DNA of 64,000 bases from Leucoraja erinacea. Lineage: Eukaryota. The stretch spans positions 22,444,001-22,508,000 of the forward strand of contig NC_073402.1 of assembly GCF_028641065.1 (NCBI RefSeq). Direction: 5' to 3'. Positions within the stretch are counted from its first letter, which is position 1, and each line of letters begins with the position of its first letter. The notes below the pieces were generated by a model. That model was not told the origin of the DNA. It saw only the letters and a list, made by a program, of their open reading frames with translations, and did not search any database. Made by a program: the position numbers and the translations under genes. This document shows positions 25,810 through 37,504 of this stretch, piece after piece.

Positions 25810-25970
25810 CATTTAACCTGGAATATTACACTGAGGTATTGGATCTGTCCTACCTTCTGGATCACTTTGCCAAAGACCCTTTTTTCAAAAACTTTCGGCG
25901 ATTGAACAAGAAACTTATAGAAGTGATTCAAGATTATAGTCTGGTCTCCTTTATCCCTCTGAATGTGCAG
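25810..25970 (+). CDS. GPN2: GPN2 coding exon 3
   Basis: [17 protein letters not shown]…[19 protein letters not shown]; donor GTGAGT. Confidence 0.93.
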
Positions 25971-26605
25971 GTGAGTGGCTATCCATTAACAGCTTTTCAG
26001 CAGCATCAAAAGGTTGACTATTATTTGAGAACATTGCAGAATGGTGAGTAAACAGTGAGGTGCTCTGATTATTGAGGAATTTGAGTGAGAAAAGTGTCAG
26101 GATTCAGAGAGTGAAGATGTGTGATATGTATTGGAATGCAAAAGGACACGTTGCTATGATTATGAGGGGTTTCAAGTCATGGGAAATGTGGAAATATGGT
26201 ACACGCTGTAATTAAAACTGAAAATGCAGGAAATATTCAGTATATGAGGAGATATCTATACATTAACTACTAATTTTTCATGTCTGTGATCAAACATTGG
26301 AATCGTGTCAATTGTCGCCTGACCTGGTTACATATTTTTTTCCAATGCTTTTAGTTCTATTTAGAATTTTATCCACAGATGTGTGCTTGTGCAGTTGTAC
26401 AGGGTATTAAGAGAGGCACATAGAAGGGATGAAGAGGGTATTAACTGCCGCTGAGGGAGTGTTCCTCTGAACTGGATGAAGTTTTGGGCCCATGGAGAGT
26501 GTTTCAGCTTGGGGATATAATCAGATGTTTCTTTAAGGTCGTTAGTTGCCCAGCTTGCCTTAGCATTTAAAAGATTTTGAAGAATATGCCTGGCTTCTCT
26601 CCTAG

Positions 26606-26736
26606 GATAAAGAAACAATGAAGTATGTGATTAAGGCTGTTGATAAAGCAAATGGATATTGTTTTGGGAACTCAGAGCAGAGAACAATGGAGGCCATGAT
26701 GTCCGCAGCAGTGGGAGCAGATTTCCATTTCAGCAA
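26606..26736 (+). CDS. GPN2: GPN2 coding exon 4
   Basis: [21 protein letters not shown]…[13 protein letters not shown]; followed by the U12 donor GTATCCTTT. Confidence 0.9.
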
Positions 26737-26960
26737 GTATCCTTTGTAAAGACAATTTACTCTACATTGTTGATTATCAGGCCAGTGATTTACAGATACA
26801 CCATGACAACCTCTACCCTTTCCCACTTACACTTCCTGCCCTTGTCCTCCATAATTCTGTTAACTTATTAATGTGTGTTTATTAATTATATTGTTTATAT
26901 ACTTGTTTATATCGGTATAATTGCCAAATTTCCTAGGTGTGTTTCCTTAGCTATAAATAG
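26737..26960 (+). other. U12-type (minor spliceosome) GT-AG intron
   Basis: 5' splice site GTATCCTTTG; branch-like TTCCTTAGC at 26943-26951 close to the AG; no polypyrimidine tract. Confidence 0.85.
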
Positions 26961-27075
26961 GTCTATGGAGGCCCAGGAGAAATATACAGGATCAATTGAA
27001 GAGGATGTGGAGGAGGATTTGAGACAGTTTTCCACCGATGTGCAACATTCCACACAGTGTGAATCCACTCACTGA
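26961..27075 (+). CDS. GPN2: GPN2 coding exon 5
   Basis: KSMEAQEKY…TGA with phase 2 continuity. Total CDS 981 nt = 326 aa. AATAAA at 27290-27295. Confidence 0.85.
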
Positions 27076-27776
27076 CCGTAGCAGAGCCTACACCTACTAT
27101 GAGAGACTCAGTGGCCGAGATGGGATCTCGCAGCATGTTTCCAGGTGCGGCAGGAGCTGTTGTTCTCAGCTTTGCTGCAATTGAACCTTACGATCACTTA
27201 CTGATCATTTTTACCCAACCCTGCATCAAGCAGCATGATTTAAAAATATATATATTTTGTGAATTTGATCCTTTTTTTCTAATGTATTGAATAAAGATAT
27301 TTAGTTTCAGTACATTCTGCTCCTCCAGACTAGTGATATAGCAGTAGTTTTTTACAGATTAATAGTGAAGTCAACGGTCTTGTAGAGACATCAATGTCGA
27401 AGATTTCACTTACGTCAGAGATGCTGGCAACTGCAAGAATATTTGTTGTCTTCCGTAGTGTTAAATGTAAGTGGCATCATGGCATAACTAGAAGAGCTGC
27501 TGCCTCAGTGACCCAGGCTCCACCATGATCTCTGATGCTGCTTGTGTGGAGCTGGCACATTTTCCAAAGTACATCCTAAAAATGTTTGGGTTGGTAGGTT
27601 AATTGAGGGCAATTGGTAATGTGTAATTACTGTTGGCCCGTATCTCAAATTAATTGATGACAATTCTGGAAAACAATGGCTAATAAACTTTATTGACACA
27701 GGATTTGATTGTTGAGGCCTGTTATGATTGCTGAGTGCTCTTCTGTTATGGATGCCCTTATAAAGCAGATGGGGAT

Positions 27777-28610
27777 CTAGAGCTTTAGTAGTGAGAGATT
27801 GAAGATGTCTCCAGAAAGTTGGTCCACGCGGGTTTTGAGAATGCAGCCAGGTGCAGCGTTAAGACTGGATGTTCTCCGAGAGTTCACCATCGTGAAGGAT
27901 CTACACAGGTCAGGGGTCTTCCGAAGGTACATTTTGTCTCCCTTTTGAAGTGTGCATAGAAAACGTTGATCTTTCATGGCAGTGATGTCACTGTCACTTG
28001 AGTTACTCTGTTTCCCTGTGCAAGACATGATGACATGCAAACCCTGCCGCAGGCTCTGAGCAATTGTGCCTCCAGTTTAGTCCTAAAGTTTCTCTTTCCG
28101 CTTACGATGGCCTTCACGAGGTCGTACCTGGACTTGTACACTGGATTGCCTGACTTGAATGCTGCAGATCTGGTCCCATGTAGATTCCAGACCTTCTGGT
28201 CCATTGTCAAGTCATTGAATGGTGCCCGGTCTACCAAGTCCAAATAGTCAGGAAGTCACTCCCCTGACCAGTCCTGTACAATTTTCACTGGAACTGTGCT
28301 CATCAGTCGCTGCTTATACCTTTATGCAAGTTGAATGAGTACAGCAGGCTGGCGTGATTTTCCATGTTGGAGATCAGGTGATATGCGTGTCCGATGATGA
28401 AGTAGCATTGATTGCGATTTGTATGATCCTCTGCTGCAGGAGGCATGCTGATGGTAATTTGGAAGTATCTTCTTCAAGCTAGCCTTGTTTTTGTCCCTGG
28501 CAATGATGGAGAAGGCGTCACTAGATGTCTTCTGGTGTTTGTTGACAACTGTGTGTAGTTCAAGAGCTGTGTGAACATATGATCAGGCCGGGATGTAGAC
28601 TGCAGACCCT
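27777..28610 (-). mobile_element. Degenerate Rex1/Babar LINE fragment
   Basis: Minus-strand remnants (YKSRYDLVKAI, DQLSGDIFNLSL) homologous to 38.8 kb. Confidence 0.65.
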
Positions 28611-28724
28611 CCTATTTTAATTCCATACTGTCATGCAAAGTGAAAAATATTCGAAGACATGGTCAAAGCCTCCTTGAAAAAATGGGGCTCAAGATGAAAG
28701 AAAAGTAAGAATTTTGGGGCAGCA

Positions 28725-29125
28725 TTATGCATTAGGCCATCAAGTAAGAGTTGAGCTTACGACCCCCCCCCTCGGCAGTATCCTCATGGCCAATGTGCAG
28801 TCCATCGAAAATAAGATTGAGGATGTACGAGCAAGATTGTTGTTTAAAGAAAGGAACATGAGTGAATGCTGTGTACTCTGTTTCACATAAACACAGTTCA
28901 CCTCCAGCCCCAAACTTTCTAGATCCATTGCATGGAGTAGACGGTATCATCAGGGGAAGGGAGAGGCAGTAGCATCTGTTTCATGGTAAACTCTTCATGT
29001 GCTTGGATGTGGTGGTATTGACCAACTCTTGTTCCACCCCCACCCCACCGGGAACATCTCGCAGTGAAGTGCTGTTCCTTCTACTTCAAGAGAATTAATC
29101 TCTGTCCTCTAGACTGCAGTCCGTG
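28725..29125 (+). mobile_element. Rex/Babar LINE endonuclease-region remnant
   Basis: PPLGSILMANVQSIENKIED…ECCVLCF, an APE endonuclease N-terminal motif. Confidence 0.6.
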
Positions 29126-29299
29126 TAGAGGAAAATAGAAGGGTTCTTATTTATTGGGTAACTGAGGGAGGCACTTTTTGGTGGGGGGGATTAGAGAGCG
29201 ATGGAAGGGACTGCGGAAAAGGGGGGTGATTACAGAGAGTGATGGAAGAGGTGGACCAGGGAGGGATTAGGCAAACTGATGAAACGGTATTGTCAAAGT

Positions 29300-29740
29300 T
29301 TTTTGTGTCCTAGTGTGTGTGCACAGGTGCAATGCGCCAGACAGCTGGACATTGCCGCATCACCTGTTGTTAATGGCAAAGTTCATCCAGAGCAACATCT
29401 TTGACTACATGTCCATCAGGCAGTGGTCAGCACGGAACATCCTGCAAGGTCTGTGGGACTGGAAATTGATGGATCCTGTGGGGTGGTTCCCTGCGCTCAG
29501 CTTGTCTGGTGAAACGTCCCATCGTTGGAAATCACCAGCAAGAACCGAGACCTTGGCTGGCTGGCAGGTGGGAAGGGATATAACCTGAGGCAGCCACATG
29601 AGTAGCGAGGGTGTTTCATGTAAAGTCAGGTACTAGCACACTAGCAATATTTAATGTGCAGACACTAAGAATATTGAGTTTTTGCACATCTTTGTCTATG
29701 TTTCTCTTAAGAATAAAGTTTATTTTTGAAATTAAAAAGA
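29300..29740 (+). mobile_element. Degenerate L1/Tx1-like LINE 3' fragment
   Basis: WSARNILQ…MDPVGWFP remnant followed by aataaa and an A-rich tail. Confidence 0.45.
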
Positions 29741-30809
29741 TGCATTAAATCTGCCGACGAGCCTTGTATCCAGTCTTCTTGGACCATCATGTGTTTGGAT
29801 CAAAAGTGTAGGAAGGAACTGCAGATGCTGGTTTACACCAAAGATAGACATAAAATGCTGGAGTAACTCAGTGAAACAAGCAGCATCTCTGGAGAAAATC
29901 TGGATCTCTGGGCGTCACCCATTCCTTCTATCTAGACTTCTTATCGAGTCCAATTACAAGATTAGAAGTTGTTCAGCCAGAGCTGAACACACTTCTCGGC
30001 ATCTGCATACAATGGTGTCTGTCTTGCGCTTGTGCGTGCTGGTGGAAAAATTGGTGGAAACAGGGCCTCTATCTAGACTAGAGATACTATACAGCCTGTT
30101 CTGCTGAGTTACTCCAGCATTTTGTGGCTGGATCAAACTGTTATTTTGTCAGACTAATTATAGCAAGTGTGTAAAAACCGTCCCGTATTAAAAGAATTGC
30201 ACACTCAAGTATCTGCTATTAAGAAGGGGAGTGAATGTATAACCTCCTTGGCTCCGAGAGAAGGCAGGTTGCCATCTCGACCATCAGCATTACCTAATGT
30301 TGTATTATTAAACTTAGAATCATTGTCTATTTACGCCTTCCTTTCAATCACTTAAAAAATGGACGAGCTGTAAAACTGAACACTTGTGTGCCAATTGAAT
30401 ACCTGTTCTTTCCACTTGCATTCAGCCAATTTGTTTAAGCGGGGCAATAATTAGCCTTCAATGCCACAAATCTATCAACAGCTAATAATTGTCTGTAATA
30501 AATGTTATGAAGTATCTGCTGGAACAAGGACGTTGTAATTAAATGTGGTATGTATACAATATTAACACCCCATGTTTTGTATTATAAATGTTCACATCCC
30601 ACTTCCAGCATCATCCATCCATCCATCCATTCATTCTGTGTTGACCGGTTTACATCTGTGAACCGAGCTCCCTGAGCAAATAGGTCCACAACAAAGTGCT
30701 TCGATATGAAGGATAGTGTTAACAGAAGGTAGAAGTTTCACATCATTCAATCAATGGCTGATTCAATAACTGATCTTGTTAAATACTCTGAAAATTGAAT
30801 AATAATTGT

Positions 30810-31150
30810 AGACTGCGGAGTGACATCAGGAAGGCGGTGAGACGGTTTGACGCAGGCGTGAGGCTGAGGTCATCACGCAGGCAGCGCCTGGAGCGCGGGT
30901 ACCGGCAGCTCCGTAAGTGCGGCCGGGGAAACGCGAGGCGGTGAAGTAAGGTTGTCGCTTACCGGGGACATAGAGAAAGGGAGGCAGCGGAGTAAAACAA
31001 TCGGCAGCCGCCGGCCTCAGCGGCGAGTGTGACCGGCTGACTGGCGGCCTGAGCGCGGTGGCAGACGTTGCTGTTCCCCATTGGGCTCCGCCACGGTCAA
31101 TCAGCAGCAGAGGCCGATCGGTGTTTGGCTCCGAGTGTGGGGCGTGGGCG
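30810..31150 (+). promoter_or_regulatory. CpG island with non-coding first exon of DHDDS
   Basis: CpG-rich with CRE- and ETS-like motifs; donor CC|GTAAGT at 30913. Confidence 0.6.
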
Positions 31151-31496
31151 GGATAACAGCAAAGGTGGAAGCAAAGATACTAGAACTTTGGTGGGACGGT
31201 ATAGGAGATGGCCACTGTGTATGAAGGAACTGCGGATGCTGTTTTACACCAAAGATAGACACAAAATGCTGGAGTAACTCAGCGGAACAGGCAGCACCTG
31301 GATAGAATAGCTTTCAGCCTGAAGAAGGGTCGCCACTCGAAACGTCACCCATTCGTTCTCTCCAGAGATGCTGCATGTCCCACTGAGTTACTCCAGTATT
31401 TTGTGTCAATCTTGATAGAAGGAATGGGTGACGTTTCGGGTCGAGAACTGTTCCGCTGAGTTACTCCAGCATTTTATGTCTATCTTTGGTGTAAAC

Positions 31497-33441
31497 CAGA
31501 CGGCCTTAGGAGGTGCGAGGCCCAATTGGGAACAATTTTGGTGAGCCCCGGGTTCCCAGCCAAGGTCTGTAGAATCATAGAAATGCAAATAAAGTCTATT
31601 ATAGACTTTATATCTCTATGGTAGAATGTGCCTGCGAGTTAATGGACCAAACAGATCTAAGCTACATTTTAATATAAAATCGCATACATGTAAGCCTACA
31701 AGTAACAAACAAAATGTGTAGATCACCCCTGAAAAGTACATAGTTCCAATACCACTTGTTTTAATGACTGAAATGAAAAAAAATAAGTAACTAGATCCTG
31801 GAAAACCAATAACTAATGGCGAAAAACCAGTCCAGGCATTACATTTTGGGCTTCTGCCCCATCCTACCCTTTGGGCTTCTACCCCTTCCTAACTTAGTTG
31901 TGTGTGAGTGTGTATAGGGGGGTGCACGCAAGGTCACTGGGTCATAGGACTTGACGCACAGAGCCGCTCAATCCATCTGGAGGACATCCATAACTTCCGG
32001 TATATATTATTAATGCAAGAAACGCGTACTTTCCTACCTGTTAAAAACCGTCAAATTGTTGAATTTTTGCACTGTAAAAAAATGTTGAAGTCGGGGTAAG
32101 TGTGAGAGACATGTACCCAACTTCAGAATTACAAAAGTGAAGCGAAATGAAGGTAAAGAGAAGCAGAACTGAAGGGACAACAACAGCTAAAGTGCTTGGC
32201 GAACATTGGCCGTGCAGATATCGGAATTGAAAATATTTGGATTCTCGCATTTGCTCACTGCATTTCATCAACAGTAATGTCATTAAGTCATCAGTGTAAT
32301 TTCAGTAAGACATTATTTGTGTTTTTTCTTGATTCTTCAGTATCTAAAAAGTCTCAGAAGTGATAAATTTTGCTTCAGAGGTGTTTTCTTTTTGTATGTA
32401 AAAACCCACTTGAGAACCATGGGCGATTTAAAAATTTTACAGCCAGATTTATCACTTCTGAAACTTTTTAGATGCCAAAGGAATCGAGAAAAGACACAAA
32501 TAATGCCTTAGTTGATTAAATGCAGTGAGCAAACAGCCAAGCACTTTGGCTGTTGTTGTCCCTTCAGCTCTCGCTTCTTTCTACCGTCATTTCTCCTCAA
32601 TTTTGGAATTCTGAAGTAGGCTAAATGTCTCTCACGCTTATCCTGATTTCCATAATTATTTACAGCGCAAAAATTGACAATTTTGGCGGGTTTTAATGGG
32701 CCCGCTACGCTGGAAACAATGGTTAGTGCTTACCTGCAGTTCATCGCGTGTACTCCACTTGGAGTTGCGTAGCAACGGTACGGGTCATGGGTTCTGACCC
32801 GACTGCCATGAAGTCTTCCAATGTTAGTTGCGTGATGTGTGTGTGTTAGTAGTCTGTGCGTGATGTGTGTGGGAGGGAAGGAGAGAAAGGAGGGAAAAGA
32901 GAGAGAGGAACGAGAGAAAGAAGGAAGGGAAGGAGAGAAGAAAAGAGAGAGAAGGGAAGGAGAGAAGGGAGAGAGAGGGCTGGTGGTAGGAGCAGATGCC
33001 GTGGTCCGGGCGAACAGGTGTGAGCTGAGGCTGAGGTTTGTAAACGTTGCTCCAAACCCCGGCCCGACCCTCGCTGCATGTTCACTGCATCTCCCCGGGG
33101 AGAGAGAGGGGTGGAGCCGGGGCTGTGTGCGTGAAGCCTGGCGACTGGAGGGGCGGGAGCGTTGCCCCGGGACCGTGAGGGAACGACCCACCTTCCCCTC
33201 TCCCTTTTCTCCATTCCCCCTCACACCATTATCCCCGCCTACCCATTTCTTCCTCCTCCACCCCTCTACTCTCTCTCAACCCCTCTCTCCACCCTCCATC
33301 CGGGGTAGATCTACCTGAGCCGAGAGTAGATTGCTCCCAAGATCCTAGAACGGAGCTTTAGATTACTCTAGCGCGGGGCCCCCCCTTAAGCGCGGGGCCC
33401 AATTGGGAGCAATCGGTCCAATCGGCTTAAGGCCGGCCCTG
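31497..33441. mobile_element. Composite non-autonomous hAT-like element with nested insertions
   Basis: Ends cag..cggccttagg and cttaaggccggccctg; subterminal ggcccaattggga repeats; interrupts a pLTR-derived element (gtaaacc|agcatctgcag). Confidence 0.6.
31576..31620. mobile_element. 45-bp TIR-only palindrome (P-element-like footprint)
   Basis: CATAG…CTATG termini flanked by the 7-bp duplication gtagaat. Confidence 0.55.
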
Positions 33442-33469
33442 AGCATCTGCAGTTACTTCCTGCACATAT

Positions 33470-34050
33470 TGAGTATAGATGTTGGGAGAACTTGTTGCAG
33501 TTATATACAACGTTTATAGCGTATTGTGTTCAGTTCTGGGCACCGTGTTACAAAAAAGAGGTTGTCCAGCAGGAAAGTGTACAGAGAAGATTTACAAAGA
33601 TGTTGCCAGGATTTGACGGCCTGAGCTATAGTGATAGGTTGAGTAGGCTGGGACTCTATGCCTTGGAGCGCAGGTGGGTGATTGGTGATCTTATCGAGTT
33701 GTATAAAATCATAAGAGGAATAGATCGGGTAGATGCACTGAGTCTCTTGCCCAGAATAGGGGAATTGAGGACCAGAGGACATTTTTTTGGTGAAGGGGGA
33801 AAAAATGTAATAGGACTCTGGTGGGTAACTTTCACACAAAGGGTAGTAGGTTTATGGATAGAGCTGCCAAAGGAGGTTGTTAAGGCAGGGACTATCGCAA
33901 CGTTACGAAACAGTTTGATGGGTACGTGGATAGGAAAGGTTTGGAGGGAGGTAGGCCAAACACAAGCAGGTGGCACAAGTGTAGCAGGGACATATTGGGC
34001 AGGTGTGGGCAAGTTTATTCGAAGGGCCTGTTTCATTGCTGTATGACTCT
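33470..34050 (+). mobile_element. Older CR1 LINE 3' fragment
   Basis: ORF 33492-34046: YCVQFWAP…VQRRFTKMLPG…RLSRLGLYALERR…GDLIELYKIIRG. Confidence 0.85.
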
Positions 34051-34389
34051 AGGACTAATTTCAGACTACGATTCTGGGGAGAGGGAGACTAGAGATATGG
34101 AAGGGTAAGTGTGTGTCTTTGGAAGTTTGCTTCCTGTTGCACATGGATCAACATGTGTCTCGTCCTTCATTTTCCTTTGGTTATTCTCAGTTTTGAATGT
34201 ATAATAACTTGGGACCCACAGATCTTTGAGGTCTCAATCATGGAACATAGAACAGTGTATGAGTCTGAAGAAGTGTCTCGACCCGAAACATCACCTATTC
34301 CTTCTCTCCGGAGATGCTCGCCTGACGCGCTGGGTTACTCCAGCTTTTTGTATCTATCTTCAGTGTAAACCAGCATCTGCAGTTCCTTC

Positions 34390-35235
34390 CTACACATAGA
34401 TCAGTACAGCGCAGGAACAGGCCGTTCGGTCCACCGTGTCTGTGCCATATATGATGCCAATATAAACTAATCTCATCTGTCTGCACATGATCCACATATC
34501 TCCATTCCCTGCATATCCTTGCTCCTATCTCAAAGCTACCACCACTGGCAGAGCAACCATGGTACCCACCATCCTCTGTAAATAAAAACATGTCCCACAC
34601 ATCACCTTTAGCCCCTTTCACCATAAGGCTATGCCCTCTAGTCTTTAACGTGTCCACCTTAGGATAAAGATTCTGACTGCTTACCATATCTATGCCTCTC
34701 ATCATTCTATATATTCCCAACAGGTCTCTCCACAACATGATAACAGCAAAGTCTGTGCAACTTCTCCCTGTAGCCAATACCTTCTAATCCAGGCCGTATT
34801 CTGGTAAACCTCTTCAAAGCTTTCACATCCTGTAATGGGGCGACCAGAACTACACACAAAATTCCAAACATGACCTAACCAAATTAATGTAAAGTTGCAT
34901 CATAACTTCTTGACTCTTACACTCAATACCCTGATTAATGAAGGCAAACATACCAAATGCCTTCTTACCCACTCCAGCTACTTCATTTACCACTCGTAGG
35001 GAGCTATGGACTAGGATCCTCAGATCCCTCTGTATGTACATCAATGCTGTTAAAGGTCTGGCCATTGTCTGTACAGTTTCTCTTTGCATTCAGCCTTCCA
35101 AAGTACAACACCTCATTCTTGTTTGGATTAAACTCCATTTGCCATTTCATTGTCTAATTTTATAGCTGATCTCTATCCTGTTGTCTCCTTCCTCACAGTC
35201 TGCAACTCCACCCTTCTTGGTGTCATCTGCAAACT
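34390..35235 (-). mobile_element. CR1 LINE fragments
   Basis: QRDLRILVHSSL…GIECKSQEVMMQLY…LEFCV and TRGHSL remnants. Confidence 0.75.
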
Positions 35236-36211
35236 TAAATGGCTTGCCTCTCAATCTAAGAGTGTGTCCTTGTTCAAGATCAGCAGGCTGCAAACATTTC
35301 AAAACATTTGATCATGGTGCCCAACTTGAGAGACTTCTTTGGATCTATCATTCGGTCTCCTCTAATTATGTGTGATATCATTATCATTTTTTAACCATAA
35401 TACTTGGTTATCTGCTCTCCAGTTTGGAAACTATGAAACAGTTTCTTAGCATCTGTCCTGTTAGTGCTCTCTTTTGGTATTTTGCAAGGCTCAATGAGAT
35501 TAGTTGTCATTCTTGCACATTTTAGTGAATGGTAACCAATTATATTCAACGTCTTATAGTTGCAACACCCCATATCTCTAGAATCAATCAGAAATGGCTG
35601 AAAGGAGTCCTGATAGAGATCTTTGCCGTTGCAGAGAAAGAAAAGTCCTGCCTTCACCCCTTCAATATGTCAGAAAATTCTTCACAGACAACAAAGACCT
35701 TTTAAAGTTAATTAATGATGTAAAGTAGAAACAATGGCACCCACAATGTGCGTAGCAAACTCCACAAAGCAGCAGAATGATAATGACCAGATGACCAGTT
35801 TTTAGCAATGTTGTCAGGATATTAGTTGGATATAGAAATTGCACTATTGGTGGGAAAAGTTCAAGAACAGTATCACTAGTAACTACTTAAAGAGTGATTG
35901 GAATATGGAGCATGCAACCAACCACAAGTGTTAGTTGAAACGAACAGCATGAATGTATTTAGAGGAAACTAAACAGACACATGCGTAGAAAGTTGTAATG
36001 ATAGGATGAAATGAAGGAGGAGGCGTATGTGCAGCATAAACCCAGTGTAGAGCTATAGACCTGAACGCCTTTTTCAGTGCTGTTCATGACAGAATCATAT
36101 GGTAAAAAAGAGAGTCTTGCAATTCTAAACTGTAGTGCCCTTCAGGATGTACTGAGACTTTACACAGCTAGTGACTGAATAGAGCTTTCACAAAAATACC
36201 AGGAGCTAGTG

Positions 36212-36794
36212 ATGACCACCTAAAAAAAAAAAGAACACATGGGGGTCCTATTTTAAGGTCCAATTTGACAGATGACAGTGTAACTCTTCCTCAATACTGG
36301 ATTGAATGTGTGAGGTAAGCATTTTTATGTTCAGGTATTTGGGACTTGTCTTCCAAATCTTCAGATCCAGAGATGGTATTGTTGCAGGAAGGCGTTATCA
36401 TAGTTAAAGAAACTGCAGATGCAGAATCGAAATTTGCTCATGGGTAGCAGTTATGGAGCAAAAATAGGCAGGGTTTCGGGCCTAAACCCTTTTCAGACTG
36501 TTCAGGGGTGGGGGTGGGTCAAGAAAGGGAAAAGGAGGAGGAGTAGCCGGAGGCTGGAGGGTAAGACAGCACACTGATATTTGAAATAGTGTTGTGAGAT
36601 CTTTCATGACCACCTAAAAAAAAAAAGAACACATGGGGGTCCTATTTTAAGGTCCAATTTGACAGATGACAGTGTAACTCTTCCTCAATACTGGATTGAA
36701 TGTGTGAGGTAAGCATTTTTATGTTCAGGTATTTGGGACTTGTCTTCCAAATCTTCAGATCCAGAGATGGTATTGTTGCAGGAAGGCGTTATCA
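36212..36794. repeat. Two identical 189-bp direct repeats (36212-36400 and 36606-36794) around a 205-bp spacer
   Basis: Identical by direct comparison, including an A11 run. Confidence 0.9.
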
Positions 36795-37441
36795 GCTTAT
36801 TATGCTTATGCCTGCTGCCTTTTGGAAGAGTTGTCCATTCAAATTTTCAGGAGAAGTCTGCAGATTAATCCATTTGAAATATATTTTGAATTCTCTTTGA
36901 AAGTTCCTAAGCAATCTGCTTCTGCCATCAATCCAGGCTGTGCATCCAAATCACCATGTCTTTCACATCTGGTTCTTTCTCTAATGGTTTTAAATGTGTG
37001 ATCTCAAGATATTTCTCCATTGACAGAGAAAACCGTTTCCTCCTATTTGCTCTTTGCTGAACCTTAAACATTAAACGTATGAATTAAAATTCCTCTTAAT
37101 GTTCTCTGACTTTATTCCTCATTTCACCTTGGCTGAGATCTACTCTCATTAAGGCATTGCCTCCATCTTAAAGTACAATATTCAGAATTGTGCTTAAATT
37201 GTAAACAATTATATGAATCCTTGTGGAGATTGGGGAAACTGAATTGACTTCTATTTTTATAATCGTGATATTTCTGGTCTTCCCTTTAGTGAATAATTAG
37301 CTTCCCTCTAGCCTGAATGCTAGCATCCTGCAGGAGGTCGGGAAGCTCCGTTGAAAAGGAGTGCATCACCTAATCAACTCATCTCCCAGTTTATAGAATA
37401 CCACTGATTCTGTGTCTGCATTGAAAGCCATTCAGCACAGT

Positions 37442-37504
37442 ATGGCTTGGATCCAGGAGGCAGAGCTGAACTTTGTAGAGAGGTTGTGTGCATCCGTTCT
37501 AAAG
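37442..37504 (+). CDS. DHDDS: Dehydrodolichyl diphosphate synthase, coding exon 1
   Basis: MAWIQEAELNFVERLCASVLK; donor AAG|GTAAAT. Confidence 0.88.

Noticed and set aside
30866-30882. SREBP-like site in the DHDDS promoter (atcacgcag)
   Set aside because: Weak match that would be expected by chance.
32730-33318. Long ORFs of 122-164 aa on both strands
   Set aside because: They arise from low-complexity GA/CT tracts inside a nested transposon and show no domain signal.
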